Source of the DNA: Octopus vulgaris
Lineage: Eukaryota
Reading direction: 5' to 3'
DNA: 64,000 nt
Assembly: GCA_951406725.2 (NCBI GenBank)
Contig: OX597837.1
Location: 12,090,001 to 12,154,000 of the forward strand
The stretch's first letter is position 1, and every line of letters begins with the position of its first letter. The notes beneath the pieces are model-generated. The model was not told where the DNA came from. It searched no databases and worked only from the letters and a program-made list of their open reading frames with translations. Of the stretch, positions 13,634 through 25,866 are shown one piece after another. Made by a program: the position numbers and the translations under genes.

Positions 13634-14025
13634 CATCATCACCACCATCACCACCACCACCACCACCACCACCACCACCACAAAAACAACCACCGCCATA
13701 ACCATCACCACCACCACCATAATCACTATCATCGCTACCACCATAATCACCACCACCACCACATCACCACCTCCACCTACACTACCACCACCTCCACCAC
13801 CACAACCCCTCACCAATTCCACTATCACCATCATCACCATCACCATCTACACCACCAGCATCTCGAACACCACAATCACTGCCCCCACTACCACCACCGC
13901 CGCCTCCACCACGACCACCACAACCACTACAACCACCACAACCACCACCATCACTGCTACTACCACGGCCACCACCAAAACACCACCAACAACAACAACA
14001 AGAACAACAGCAACAAAAACAACAG
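13560..14025. repeat. (CCA/CTA/CAA)n trinucleotide block
   Basis: Direct inspection. Confidence 0.9.
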
Positions 14026-14457
14026 CGTTAACTTCCCCTCCCCTCCACTCCTGCTGCTATTTCCCGATCCGATCCGATCCGGCTGTTTTCTTGGCCAGAA
14101 GACCATTATCAAAGCATAATAACATTCTTGTCTTATTAATACGAATGCATCGTATCATAATACATGGTTTTATAATAAACATTACGTAAATACAAAACGC
14201 CGCTGCTATCACAATGCGCACTTGCCTTCTTGTGTGTGCCCGTGTGTGCCCGTGTGTGTGTGTGTGTGTGTGTGTGTGGGCGTGCAAGTGTGTGAAATGT
14301 GTGTTTGGGGCGCGAATAGAAATGAGCTTGTAACACTCCCCACACGTACACATATACAGGATGTTAAAGGCTAAATTGGAGAGTTTGCATAACAGGAAAA
14401 GAAAACGCGATAAAACATCCAAAATGAAAGAATTTAAGAAATATCAAAGTATAATTA

Positions 14458-14764
14458 GTGGAGGCACATGGCCTAGTGGTTAGAGCAGCGGACTCGTGGT
14501 CGAGGGATCGCGGGTTCGAATCTCAGACCGGGCGATGTGTGTGTTTATGAGCGAAAACACCTAAGCTCCACGCAACTCCGGCAGAAGGTAATGGCGAACT
14601 TCTGCTGACTCTTTCGCCACAACTTTCTCACACTCTTTCCTCCTGCATCTTGCAGCTCACCTGCGACGGACCGGCGTCCCGTCCAGGTGGGGATCCTATA
14701 CGCCAAGAAACCGGGAAACCGGCCCCTAATGAGCCAAGCATGGTTCGAGAAGGAACAAACAAAA
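14458..14764 (+). mobile_element. SINE family C, tRNA-derived, full length with 13-bp TSD
   Basis: A box tggcctagtgg, B box ggttcgaatc; V-domain-like ctgcgacggaccggcgtcccgtccag; TSD caaagtataatta (14445-14457) / caaagtatattta (14765-14777). Confidence 0.9.
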
Positions 14765-14789
14765 CAAAGTATATTTACTCGATTGTGGT

Positions 14790-15215
14790 TGGGAGATAAC
14801 AGTTGACGTAAAGTGGATGCCCTCAGCTTCCACTACGGCATTAAGACGCTTCTAGAATCCGACGCATACGATCCTCACTGTGTCCCTGTGAAGATCTTTG
14901 TACGCTTCCCTAATCTTGGTCACCAGATCGGTCTTGTATCGCAGGTAGATCGGTTGGTATCTTTTTCAACCACGCTCCATACATAGTAAGCCATAGGTTT
15001 ACAATCGGGGGTATTACGAGGCCAGCAATAGGGGCTGGAGAAATCATAGAAATTCTCCAACAACCACCTCTGACCCTTTCCGGGGATATGGCAAGGGGAC
15101 GAATCCTGCTGCCACAACTATGGCCTTCAAGCAGCAACCAGCGCCGTTCAAGAATTTGGACCTGGAGATCTCCATTTCCAGCGACTTTGAGGGTCACCTC
15201 CCAGTGGTGTCGGGC
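14790..15215 (-). pseudogene. Tc1/mariner (DD37D/maT-like) transposase fragment
   Basis: WQQDSSPCH…WPRNTPDCKPMAYYVWSVVEKDTN matches the QQD.AP.H…WPPNSPD.NP.DYYVW pattern. Confidence 0.8.
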
Positions 15216-15338
15216 GTCAACGAAGAGCCATCGATTACAACAAGGCGACCACAGTTTTTTTTTTGGTCCTAAGGTCTGGGGTCTCCTGCCCCTAAGCCCT
15301 AGACCATCACCTAATCACCCTTACCCGTCTTGTTGCTT

Positions 15339-15402
<64 letters not shown>

Positions 15403-15435
15403 GCAGCAGCAACAGCAACAACAACAGCAACAACA

Positions 15436-15492
<57 letters not shown>

Positions 15493-16181
15493 GCAGCAGC
15501 AGCAGCAACAGCAGCAACCAGCTCCTCTTCCTCCTTGTAGTTTTTAAATAACTCACGTCTGGGGAGAAAGAGACAGTTTTTAGCCTCGAACCAAAGTCTT
15601 CCCTTGGAATTTATACATCGACAGAGTCTGTATGTCTTCTGTCTCCCTTTTTGATTTAGAGTAAATTTGACCGAGGACAGTAAGATGAGAGAGAGAGAGA
15701 AATAACCGGAAGAGGAGAGGGAGAGAGAGAGAGAGAAAGAAAGAAAAAAGAGGGAGAGAAATAAGAGACATAGTAATCCAAAGGTTTATAGAGCGAAAGA
15801 GAGAGAGAGAGAGAGAGAGAGAAGTATGCATTCCATTCTATTATAAATGCAGATTATTATCATGGCGAGATGTAACGAGAGATGAAAATATTGAACAATT
15901 CCATTAAATGATGTTAGGATTTAAACAAAACATAGCGGCAGAAAAACAAAGAATTCTTTCTGATATATACGAAGACACGGTCAACGATCTGTCACGTTGA
16001 CATACTGCCCTCCCCACCCCTTTTCCCACCGCCCCTCTCCTGATTAATAAGGTGCACACACACTCATCTACACAGGCATATATGGATGAAAACACTTTAA
16101 TTTGTTTTAAAATTAAAAAAATCTCTACTAGCCTCACAATCTCTCTCTCTCATTTCCTGCCTCTCACTGTGCTTTTCACTT

Positions 16182-16217
16182 TCTGCTGATGAAGGACAAA
16201 TGTCCGAAACGTTAAGA
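16182..16217 (+). ncRNA. Minimal type I hammerhead motif with canonical core, in a pLTR-like remnant
   Basis: tctg-CTGATGA-a-ggac(aaat)gtcc-GAAAC-GTT-aaga; downstream ttcgtcttttgtttcccgtaaatttgaacta is similar to the 3' end of 54865-55042. Confidence 0.7.
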
Positions 16218-16392
16218 CACTACGTTTACAGTTTTCAAGCATTGAACAAGTATCACACTTATAGTTTTCTATTCTTTCCGTTTCCTTTTTTTTACTTCGT
16301 CTTTTGTTTCCCGTAAATTTGAACTATATTTACACATCCTCTTTGCTCTTGTGCCCACACCATGGATGTTATAACCCTTCAAGAGAAGTAAA

Positions 16393-16570
16393 TTTTTACT
16401 ACCCACAAGGGGCTACACACAGAGGGGACAAAGAAGGACAGACAAACGGATTAAGTCAATTATATCGACCCTAGTGCGTAACTGGTACTTATTTAATCGT
16501 TCCCCGAAAGGATGAAAGGCAAAGTCGACCTCAGCGGAATTTGAACTCAGAACGTAGCGACAGACGAAAA
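16393..16570 (-). mobile_element. SINE family B, 5'-truncated
   Basis: Core and tail match 4749-4975. Confidence 0.9.
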
Positions 16571-17354
16571 TAAACCTTCAAAAGAAGCTTAGTGCATATA
16601 CCATCAAGGCGATCACGAAACCCTTTTCTTTCATAGTTCAGGTTTCAACTTCAAAGAGAAGAACGTTCTCTACACATAACCTGAATTAGGACAGACTCGT
16701 TGATTTTCAATTACTTCATTATCAGCCATTTTGAATTACTCCAAGCGGTTCCCTTGCGAGTATGGAAGTCTTTCTAACGATATCGTGAGTAATGTCGGGA
16801 AAAACGTGCTTGGAGTCATTGACCGCCTTCAGTTGTGTGTGTCGTGGTTGGAACGAATTGGCGAGGGATTTTCATCTTCATTGGCTATGCTGAAGATCTC
16901 CTCAGCAGCTCATCAATTATGTGATGTGAAAGAATTGTTAGCGACCCTTGGGAATGCGGCACCAAAGTCAATCTCTAACTCGATACAAGCAAAACTGAAT
17001 ACAATATATATGCGAATGGGAATATCTTACACACACACAAGCACACACACACACACACACACAACACACACACACACACACTCATACAAACACGCACACG
17101 TAGCAACACCTCTGTTACGGAAACGTTTAATTCCTGGATATATTACAGTAACGTGGTATTCCGTAACGTGAAACATTTTCTGTTGATTCCTGACTTAGAT
17201 GAAAGTCAACGAACATAGAATGCTAGGAGCAATATGTTCTCGCGTTACAGAATAATTCCACGTCAAATCTAGATTTCCAGGCGCGCCCCATTCCCGTTCC
17301 GAGGACAATACGTCCGTGTTGTCAATGTGTGTGCATGTGTGTCAAAAGCTATCA

Positions 17355-17582
<228 letters not shown>

Positions 17583-17725
17583 TAAATTAAACTTCAAATT
17601 TCCGCACTAAGGCACGGAGTTTATGCCCTATGGTCGTAACTTCAACCGTGTTCTTTCTGTTGTGAGTTTGCTACCCAGGTATCGGTTATCTTTCGAATTA
17701 TCCGTAATAAGGTAATTAACTTATA

Positions 17726-17781
<56 letters not shown>

Positions 17782-17805
17782 ACATATACATACATATATA
17801 CATAT

Positions 17806-17849
<44 letters not shown>

Positions 17850-17852
17850 GTA

Positions 17853-17913
<61 letters not shown>

Positions 17914-17925
17914 AAAAAATATATA

Positions 17926-18054
17926 TAAAAATACAAAATGGGACAAGAACGCAAAACATTCAAATAGACGACACAAAAAACGGACGGGTCATTCGAAGCC
18001 TCTAATCTTCAGTCAAGAACCGGATCATCCTCGCAATTTCGGCTGATTAATCTT
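17926..18054 (-). mobile_element. Family P1 copy, 5'-truncated at the predicted HHR cleavage site
   Basis: Similarity to 9096-9220 stops at …gattaatctt, followed by (AT)n. Confidence 0.85.
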
Positions 18055-18336
18055 ATATATATATATATTTCCCGAGCTATAATGTCATGAGAGCCGGATA
18101 TTCCGGGATTCCATGGCATATATATTCATCTCATCAGGACTGTGGAAGGATTACAAGAAAGCAGGACACACATTGAATATCACCTAAAATGACGAAAGTG
18201 TCACGCATGGATTACGTCACATTTCGTCATAGGTTTCGTCCATGAGGTCTGACCCAGAGCTAAACAGCAACACTGACCGAGTAATATTGATATAAGTTAA
18301 GAGGTTATGTACTGAATGCCTATACATCCCTTCCTC

Positions 18337-18400
<64 letters not shown>

Positions 18401-18505
18401 TTGGGTCATTTAGTGCATCACTCCTTATCTAAATTCTCTCTCTGTCTCTCTCTCTCTTTATGTGTGTGTTTGTGTGTACATGTATATATATATATATAAG
18501 TATGC

Positions 18506-18548
<43 letters not shown>

Positions 18549-18606
18549 GTATAAATGATAAATTTGATAAAGAGTGACGTACTTAATAACCCAACATCTA
18601 TGTCTG

Positions 18607-18649
<43 letters not shown>

Positions 18650-18679
18650 TATATGTATTTTGTATGTATATATATATAT

Positions 18680-18712
<33 letters not shown>

Positions 18713-18773
18713 CATACATACATACATAATACATATATATTGAATTTTTTTCTTTTTGGTTGTATATAGATGC

Positions 18774-18821
<48 letters not shown>

Positions 18822-18843
18822 CTTTTTGGTTATATATAGATGC

Positions 18844-18896
<53 letters not shown>

Positions 18897-18982
18897 AAGG
18901 TAGCTATACGTAATATATAACCAAAAACGAAAAAATCGAAGTTCACTAATTGTGACAGGGGGACCGGGGCGGGGCTAGCATC

Positions 18983-19010
<28 letters not shown>

Positions 19011-19014
<4 letters not shown>

Positions 19015-19245
19015 ATCAAAACAAGAAAACACAAAAAAAAACTGCAACAACACGAGGACGTGGAACAAATATAGTATTATTGGACGCTCAGGAAAGAAGG
19101 AAAGAAGGAAGGTTTAACGTTTCGAGCGGAGCTCTTCGTCGGAAACATAGGAAAAGGAAAGATCCAGAGAAGGGAAGACAGAGGAAAAAAAATCGCCAAC
19201 GGTACACACGAGGTCACATTTTGAAAGACCGGAAGGGAAAGGGTC
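19011..19245 (-). mobile_element. (TA)n-inserted pLTR-like element, family M1; minimal HHR at 19112-19146
   Basis: Near-identical to 47352-47555 and 50835-51040. Confidence 0.85.
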
Positions 19246-19291
<46 letters not shown>

Positions 19292-19865
19292 TATACACAT
19301 ATATATATATACATACATATATATACATATATACATATGCATACATAAATACATATATAGATACAAACGCATGCCCATCACTTGATAGCTATCTATATTT
19401 TTCTCTTTCTCACTCTCTCTCTCTTTCTTTCACTTTCTCTCACTCTCTCTCCTTCTTTCTTTCTCTCTCTCTCTCTGTTTATATGCATATGATAGACAGC
19501 CGCCCTCCTCGAAACGCGATATTCAGAAAATATGCCCGTGTTCTATTCTAATCTTCTCCATCGTTTCCCTTTCTCTTTCCTGTTTTTTCTTTCTTTTCGC
19601 ATTTGCGCATCTTTTCCCTATAACTCTCTCGGAACCACAAAATTCCCAAATTCATTTCCACCAATGTATTCAGACTACTGAAGCCCCATCTTACGGACGG
19701 TGTAGTCGTTCCGGCCTCACCCCTCCTCCCCAGTATCTTACAATGGATAGCCTATATCAGCACCGCCGCCAGAACTCCGTCAATGAAGACTCCATAGCCA
19801 GAACGCGACCGCTACGGCGCTAGAGTTCCATGTTACACACACACACATGCAAGGAGGCCCCATCG

Positions 19866-19932
<67 letters not shown>

Positions 19933-19934
19933 GC

Positions 19935-20132
19935 CATGATAGATCGTTAGCCACTACACACATTTTTTTCTCTCCTTGTTTTTCTTCCTTGTTTTTATCT
20001 GTGTACCTTTCTGTAGAAGAGCGTAGGCTCGAAACATAAAAGACTTTTTCTATTCCTGAGCGTTATACTAATACATCTGTTTGTTTTGTACACCACCTGT
20101 CTTCGTCTTTTGTTATTTTTTTCGTAAACTCT

Positions 20133-20136
<4 letters not shown>
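19935..20136 (+). mobile_element. pLTR-like element, family M2; variant HHR at 20007-20042
   Basis: cttt-CTGTAGA-a-gagc(gtag)gctc-GAAAC-ATA-aaag; homologous to 25666-25866. Confidence 0.75.
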
Positions 20137-20185
<49 letters not shown>

Positions 20186-20192
<7 letters not shown>

Positions 20193-20693
20193 ACGTGACC
20201 AGCTAGCCACTGCCGTGCGGCCTTTTCGCATCCAGCAGTCGTTGTAGCAACACCGTTTTTGTTCGTCTCCCGTGGCCATAAGACACAACTCTACAAGCCA
20301 GCCCCAAACTCAACTCGTCCTGTCGAAAGACCCTTGTCCTACGTCCTGGTTTTGTTTTTATCCTTACCATTATTGTTTTTACGTTTTTGTATTCTTATTC
20401 GTACTTTCCTTATTGTTTTCACGTATTTTTGTATTTTTATTCGTGTACATCGTCCGTTTTCCGTCCTTGTGTTGTATACATTCGAAGCTTTCTTCCTAGG
20501 TATCTAATGCGCTTGGCTTAGATTTCCCTTGGGGGCTGCCCAGGTCGGAGCAATCTCAAGATTAATCAGCCGAAATTGCGAAGATGATCCGGTTCTTGAC
20601 TGATGACTGAGGGCTTCGAATGTCCCGTCCTGTGGTTCTTGTGTCGTCTTCTAGGTGTTTCACGTTCTTGTCCCAGTTTGTATATATTTTTTA

Positions 20694-20698
<5 letters not shown>
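20186..20698 (+). mobile_element. Longest family P1 copy, between two (TA)n tracts
   Basis: 3' ~280 bp homologous to 9096-9360; the 5' extent is assumed from the flanking (TA)n. Confidence 0.75.
20550..20615 (+). ncRNA. Non-circularly permuted hammerhead ribozyme motif
   Basis: gcaa(20550-53)-UC-tcaaga(20556-61); agcc(20568-71)-GAAA-ttgc(20576-79); tcttga(20594-99)-CTGATGA(20600-06)-ctgag-ggct(20612-15). Confidence 0.7.
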
Positions 20699-20731
<33 letters not shown>

Positions 20732-20979
20732 TACGACTGGTTTCTTTCAGTTTGCGTCAACCAAATCCCCTTCACAAAGCTTTAGTCGGCCCCGATACAG
20801 TATTTGAACAGTCTTAGAACTCGCAAGATACTAGCATAACTGGAAGTTCAATTCGATTAAGTTAAATATCCACGTTTGTTTATGCCATTGAGTTAGTCGA
20901 GTTATTTCCCCTTGATTCTCACTTTATTGTTCTTATGCAATTAAATAATATTTCAATACATGTTTGCTGAAACGAAAAT

Positions 20980-21192
20980 ACTGGTTTCCGATTTAGGCAC
21001 AAGGCCAGCAATTTCGGAGGAGGGCCTAAGTCGATTACAACGACTCCAGTACTTGACTAGTACTTACTTTATCGACCCCGAAAAGATGAAAGGTAAAATC
21101 GACCTCGGCGGAATTTGAACTCAAAACGTAAAAATGGATGAAATGCCTCTAAGCATTTGCCCAGCGTGCTAACGATTCTGCCAGCTTGACGC
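20980..21192 (-). mobile_element. SINE family B, diverged full copy (alternative tail)
   Basis: Core plus head ttctgccagct. Confidence 0.85.
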
Positions 21193-22044
21193 CCCGACTG
21201 GAGCCAAAATATTGAAAGACATCAAGTCAGGTGCCTATTCACTAAACCATAACTGATTCAAATATTGTTGTTGATGCTGTTGTTTAGCCCAAGGTCAGGG
21301 TGAGTGAACAAAGCAGATCTATGAGGACCTGACAGCCATTCCAACAGAGGCCATGCCATCTATCTGTAACCAACTCAAACGCAACTCACAATCAAAACAT
21401 CTAAAAGGTACATCACCGAGGTCTCAAGATTTCATTTTAAGGAGATTTAGCTGCTATTTCTAGCATGTTGAACGTTGGGGGCCCTTTCTCTGCCTTACTC
21501 CCATTTTATGGTTCGTCATTAAAACATTTAAATGACGATGCACTTTTACTCAAATAGCTTGGTTCTTGTTGTTGCCCCTTTTGTTTAGGTCAAGGACAGA
21601 CTGAACAGAGCAGAGCAGAGCTAGGATGACACGGCAGATCTTCCAACTGAGACCATCCCGTCTGTTACCAATTTGAAAGGCAACACAAACCATGGTTACG
21701 TCACCGAACATGTTCTTCTTTGAAGCAGTAGTGTTTAACTTGAGGGAGATCGAGCTGCTATTTCTAGCGCGTTGAACGATAACCTCACCCCACCTCCACA
21801 CCACCACCACCACCACCACCACAACCTGTCTGTCTGTCTGTCTGTCTTAGCTCTATATTTTGTTTCATTCTTTAAGTATTTAAATGACTATTCATTTTTG
21901 CCCAGATATTTTTGTGGTCCGGTTGTAGTTGTTGTTGTTGCTGTTGTTGTTCTTGCGAGGAATCGATACTGACTCAGCAAAGACTTTGCATAGCAACCAA
22001 ACGCTTAGCATTTCCACAACCAAGTTCCATTAAAATAGAACATA

Positions 22045-22076
<32 letters not shown>

Positions 22077-22079
22077 CAT

Positions 22080-22112
<33 letters not shown>

Positions 22113-22172
22113 AATATACATATATATACATACATGCACATATATATGCACACATATATATGTATATATGTA

Positions 22173-22305
<133 letters not shown>

Positions 22306-23199
22306 GCATATATACATGTATACATAATGTGTATGTATTATATATGTATGTATATATGTATGTGTGTATGTATGTATGTATATATATATACACATATACA
22401 TACATATACGCATATGTATGATATAGTCTAAGTTTGCATATACATACGCACATACATATATGTGCGTGTGTATATATGCATGCATGCATGCATGTATGTG
22501 TGTGTATGACTGTTTGCGAGTGTGTGTGTGTGTGTGTGTGTGTGTGTACCTGTCTGCACAAGCATCATCTTCATTACAGCAACTCTAGTGGCGGAATTCC
22601 GACTTACGGAAATTATAAAGCATAATCACTAATCGCAGGATACAATGAATCACGTAGACTGCAGCTTTGGACGAACCGAGACATCACGTGATCAACAGAG
22701 CTACCGTCCGGAATATTATGAGACACGTGATGATGGACTTTGAAAACGTGATTTTTATGAAAACACGTTGATGAATATGAAATTGTGGTAAAAGAACCGC
22801 GTGTGATCAATATGTCGTTTAGTAGGGTTGAACTTGGAACCACGACGTTGCGAAAACGAACTTCTTAACCGTATGGCCACATCCGATCGTAAAATGTTTC
22901 GTTGATGGGAGATTCGGCTGTTATGTCGTTACTGGATATCTGTCACTGATGATTCCATAGGAGGGCGAAATCACGCGAACTGGCTCTTTCTCGGCGGCGG
23001 CCGTAGCAGACAGTTCTCGTCTGTCAACGATGTAATTACGAGTGATTTTATTGCACCGCAAGTCCACATGAGATTTCCTTTGAAGGTGCGATATGCATGA
23101 GGAATATTTGAAGGAATTTTGATGGAAAACGAAAAACCTGGCTGATGACAGTCAAGGCTGATCTGGAACCCAACCTAGCGCCCCCCCCCAATCTACGGC

Positions 23200-23443
23200 G
23201 TTCGCCGCTGGAATAAGGAGTGGTTGGAGATGAGGCAATGGATTGTCCATATTGTTTCGAGTGGCACGAGTGTTTCAAAAAGACGATGACCGATCTGGAA
23301 GAGCTGCCACAACCGTTGACCCCGGAGATGTGGTGTGGTGCATCGAGAATTCTTCCTTGAGGGCCAGACCGTCAATTGGGAGTTCTACTCTAATGTTTTC
23401 AGGCGTTTGAAGGAGGCCATTCGGCGAAAGCGACCGGATGTGT
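23200..23443 (+). pseudogene. Internally deleted mariner transposase fragment
   Basis: CFEWH…DDDRSGR (HTH region) joined to GVVHREFFLEGQTVNWEFYSNVFRRLKEAIRRKRPD. Confidence 0.8.
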
Positions 23444-23444
23444 C

Positions 23445-23476
23445 AAGGGGTGGTTGGGGACAAACACAGACACAAA

Positions 23477-23539
<63 letters not shown>

Positions 23540-23760
23540 GTGCGCATATATACGCACGCACACAGACATACACACACACACATTCGCGCGCACAGACACA
23601 TACTCGCGTGTACGCGCACACACACTAAAACACACACACACAACGTACTTCTTTCAGTTTCAATCTACCAAAGCTACTCACAAGACTTTGGTCGGCCCGA
23701 GGCTATAGTAGAAGACACAAATTCCCAAGGTGTCATGCGGTGGGACTGAACCCGGAACTA
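23445..23760 (-). mobile_element. SINE family A, central part with expanded (CA)n
   Basis: Both flanks of the internal microsatellite are present. Confidence 0.85.
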
Positions 23761-24277
23761 CGTTTTGTGTCCGAAGATCACGAAGAAGAGTGGAACGAGT
23801 GGCTACGTAATCCGATCCTCGATGTTGTAAGCCTTTTCTTCCGGCCTGTGATTAATAGATTTAAAGTGAAAGTCAATCCATACAACCCAATCTTACTCTT
23901 TAGGGTTAAAGGTTTGACCACGATGACTCAGAGCGACAAAGAGACTATAGGTCCGTTCAACGGACTCCACTCCTCCATTTGCCGCCGTTTTTTCCCCTTC
24001 GGGAGTGCCAGATCGTGCGATTTAGCCCTCCTCTGGCTCCTCATTGTCAGAAATATTCAGCAGCGACCATAACAGCAGAATACATACATACATACATACA
24101 TACATACATACATACATACATACATACATACAAACATACATACATAATACATGCATACATACATACATACATACATACATACATACATACATACATACAT
24201 ACATACATACATACATACATACATACATACATACATACATACACATCCATCCATCCATCCATCCATCCATCCATACA

Positions 24278-24308
<31 letters not shown>

Positions 24309-24309
<1 letters not shown>

Positions 24310-24672
24310 GGCGCAGGAGTGGCTATGTGGTAAGTAGCTTGCTTACCAACCACATGGTTCCGGGTTCAGTCTCACTGCGTGGCACCTTGGGCAAGTGTTT
24401 TCTACTATAGCCTCGGGCCGTCCAAAGTGGATTTGGTAGACGGAAACTGAAAGAAGCCCGTTGTATATATATATATGTGTGTGTGTTTGTGTATCTGTGT
24501 TTGTCCTCCCAACATCGCTTGACAACCAATGCTGGTGTATTTGCGTCCCCGTAACGTAACGGTTCGAATAAGTACTGGGCTTACAAAGAATAAGTCCTGA
24601 GGTGGATTTGCTCGACTAAAGGCGGTGCTCCAGCATGGTCGCAGTCAAATGACTGAAACAAGTGAAAGAGTA
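24309..24672 (+). mobile_element. SINE family A, full length
   Basis: tRNA-like head (gtggctatgtggtaag…gggttcagtc), internal TA/TG microsatellite, (aagagt)-type tail. Confidence 0.9.
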
Positions 24673-24678
24673 AAAAAA

Positions 24679-24710
<32 letters not shown>

Positions 24711-25149
24711 TAATATACATGGAGGCTGTCCACTTCTGGGCGAATGTGACCATCTTAACCTAGATATTTAATACAATGGCTGCCAGCAATGTCCGTTCTG
24801 AATCTGTAAGTCGATAACAACTTGCAAACACACGGTTAAGACTCTACAAAGCCAAGTAGTCCGGAAAAAAGCAAGAGAAAGATCTCCGGCTTCGCAATGA
24901 GGCGGATATTATCTCGGAATTTCCTTCTCCTGAAGAGATGTCTAAATAAACATACACACACATATATACATATATGTATATATACGACACATACGCACAT
25001 ACATTCATACACGCACACATACGATACATATACACATGCATACGTGTATGTATGTATACACACTCACACATACACACATACACAGACAATTCTAAAGTAA
25101 GTGAACAATGTAATCTTTTGAAAGATTTATTTTTTTCTTTCTTTGAATA

Positions 25150-25490
25150 TTTGCTCTTTAAAGAAGAAGTTACTCTTCTAGCTGCTCCGCCATAGAAGCC
25201 AAATTGATGGAGAACTCTCATGGAAGTACTCCGACTCATTCTGAGTTGATCTGAAGCATCACCAGCCTTAAAACGGCGAATATTTTCAATAAATAATCCA
25301 CTTAACAGGCCAAAAGATCCCTTTCAGGGGCCCCAAATCCACCCGAGCGGGATACTTTCCTTTGCTTTGCTGGTGAATTCTACAATCACTCTGTCGACTG
25401 TGACAAGAAGAATCCCAAGGTTTAGTCCCTTCTTACGCTGGCTAAGTCCACCTTCGCATTGACCAACATCATGCCCTTGTTTTTGAAAAA
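25150..25490 (-). pseudogene. Tc1-like transposase N-terminal fragment
   Basis: MSRSTSMRVLHQFGFYGGAARR resembles Tc1 VS.ST.RR.L…G..GR.ARRKP; upstream frameshifted [11 protein letters not shown]. Confidence 0.65.
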
Positions 25491-25550
25491 CAAACAACTC
25501 TTATATATACATATATTTATATGTCTGTATGTTTATATATATACACATAT

Positions 25551-25616
<66 letters not shown>

Positions 25617-25627
25617 CGCTCTCTCTT

Positions 25628-25665
<38 letters not shown>

Positions 25666-25667
<2 letters not shown>

Positions 25668-25866
25668 AAGGGAAAGTTTACGAAAATAAACAAAAGACGA
25701 AGGCAGGTGGAGCACAAACAAACAAATGTATTAGTATAGCGCTCAGGAATAGAAAAAGTCTTTTACGTTTCGAGCCTACGCTCTTCGACAGAAAGATACA
25801 CAGAAAAAAACAAGGAGAGAAACAAGGAGAGAAAAAGTGCGTGTAGGAGCTAACGATCTATCATGG
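25666..25866 (-). mobile_element. pLTR-like element, family M2; variant HHR at 25760-25795
   Basis: Minus strand: cttt-CTGTCGA-a-gagc(gtag)gctc-GAAAC-GTA-aaag. Confidence 0.8.

Noticed and set aside
13404-14189. Mucin-like Thr-rich 261-aa ORF
   Set aside because: Built from (CCA/CTA)n, with no signal peptide or convincing splice context
14458-14535. tRNA gene
   Set aside because: It is the tRNA-derived head of a SINE with body, tail and TSD; no full cloverleaf
16740-16960. Possible Helitron/PIF1 helicase remnant
   Set aside because: Only a vague few-residue resemblance
18125-18260. Minus-strand CTGATGA with upstream GAAA and a hairpin
   Set aside because: No consistent stem I/II pairing in any strand order I tried
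22940-22985. CTGATGA…GAAA hammerhead-like motif
   Set aside because: Stem II does not abut GAAA, and stems I and III do not form
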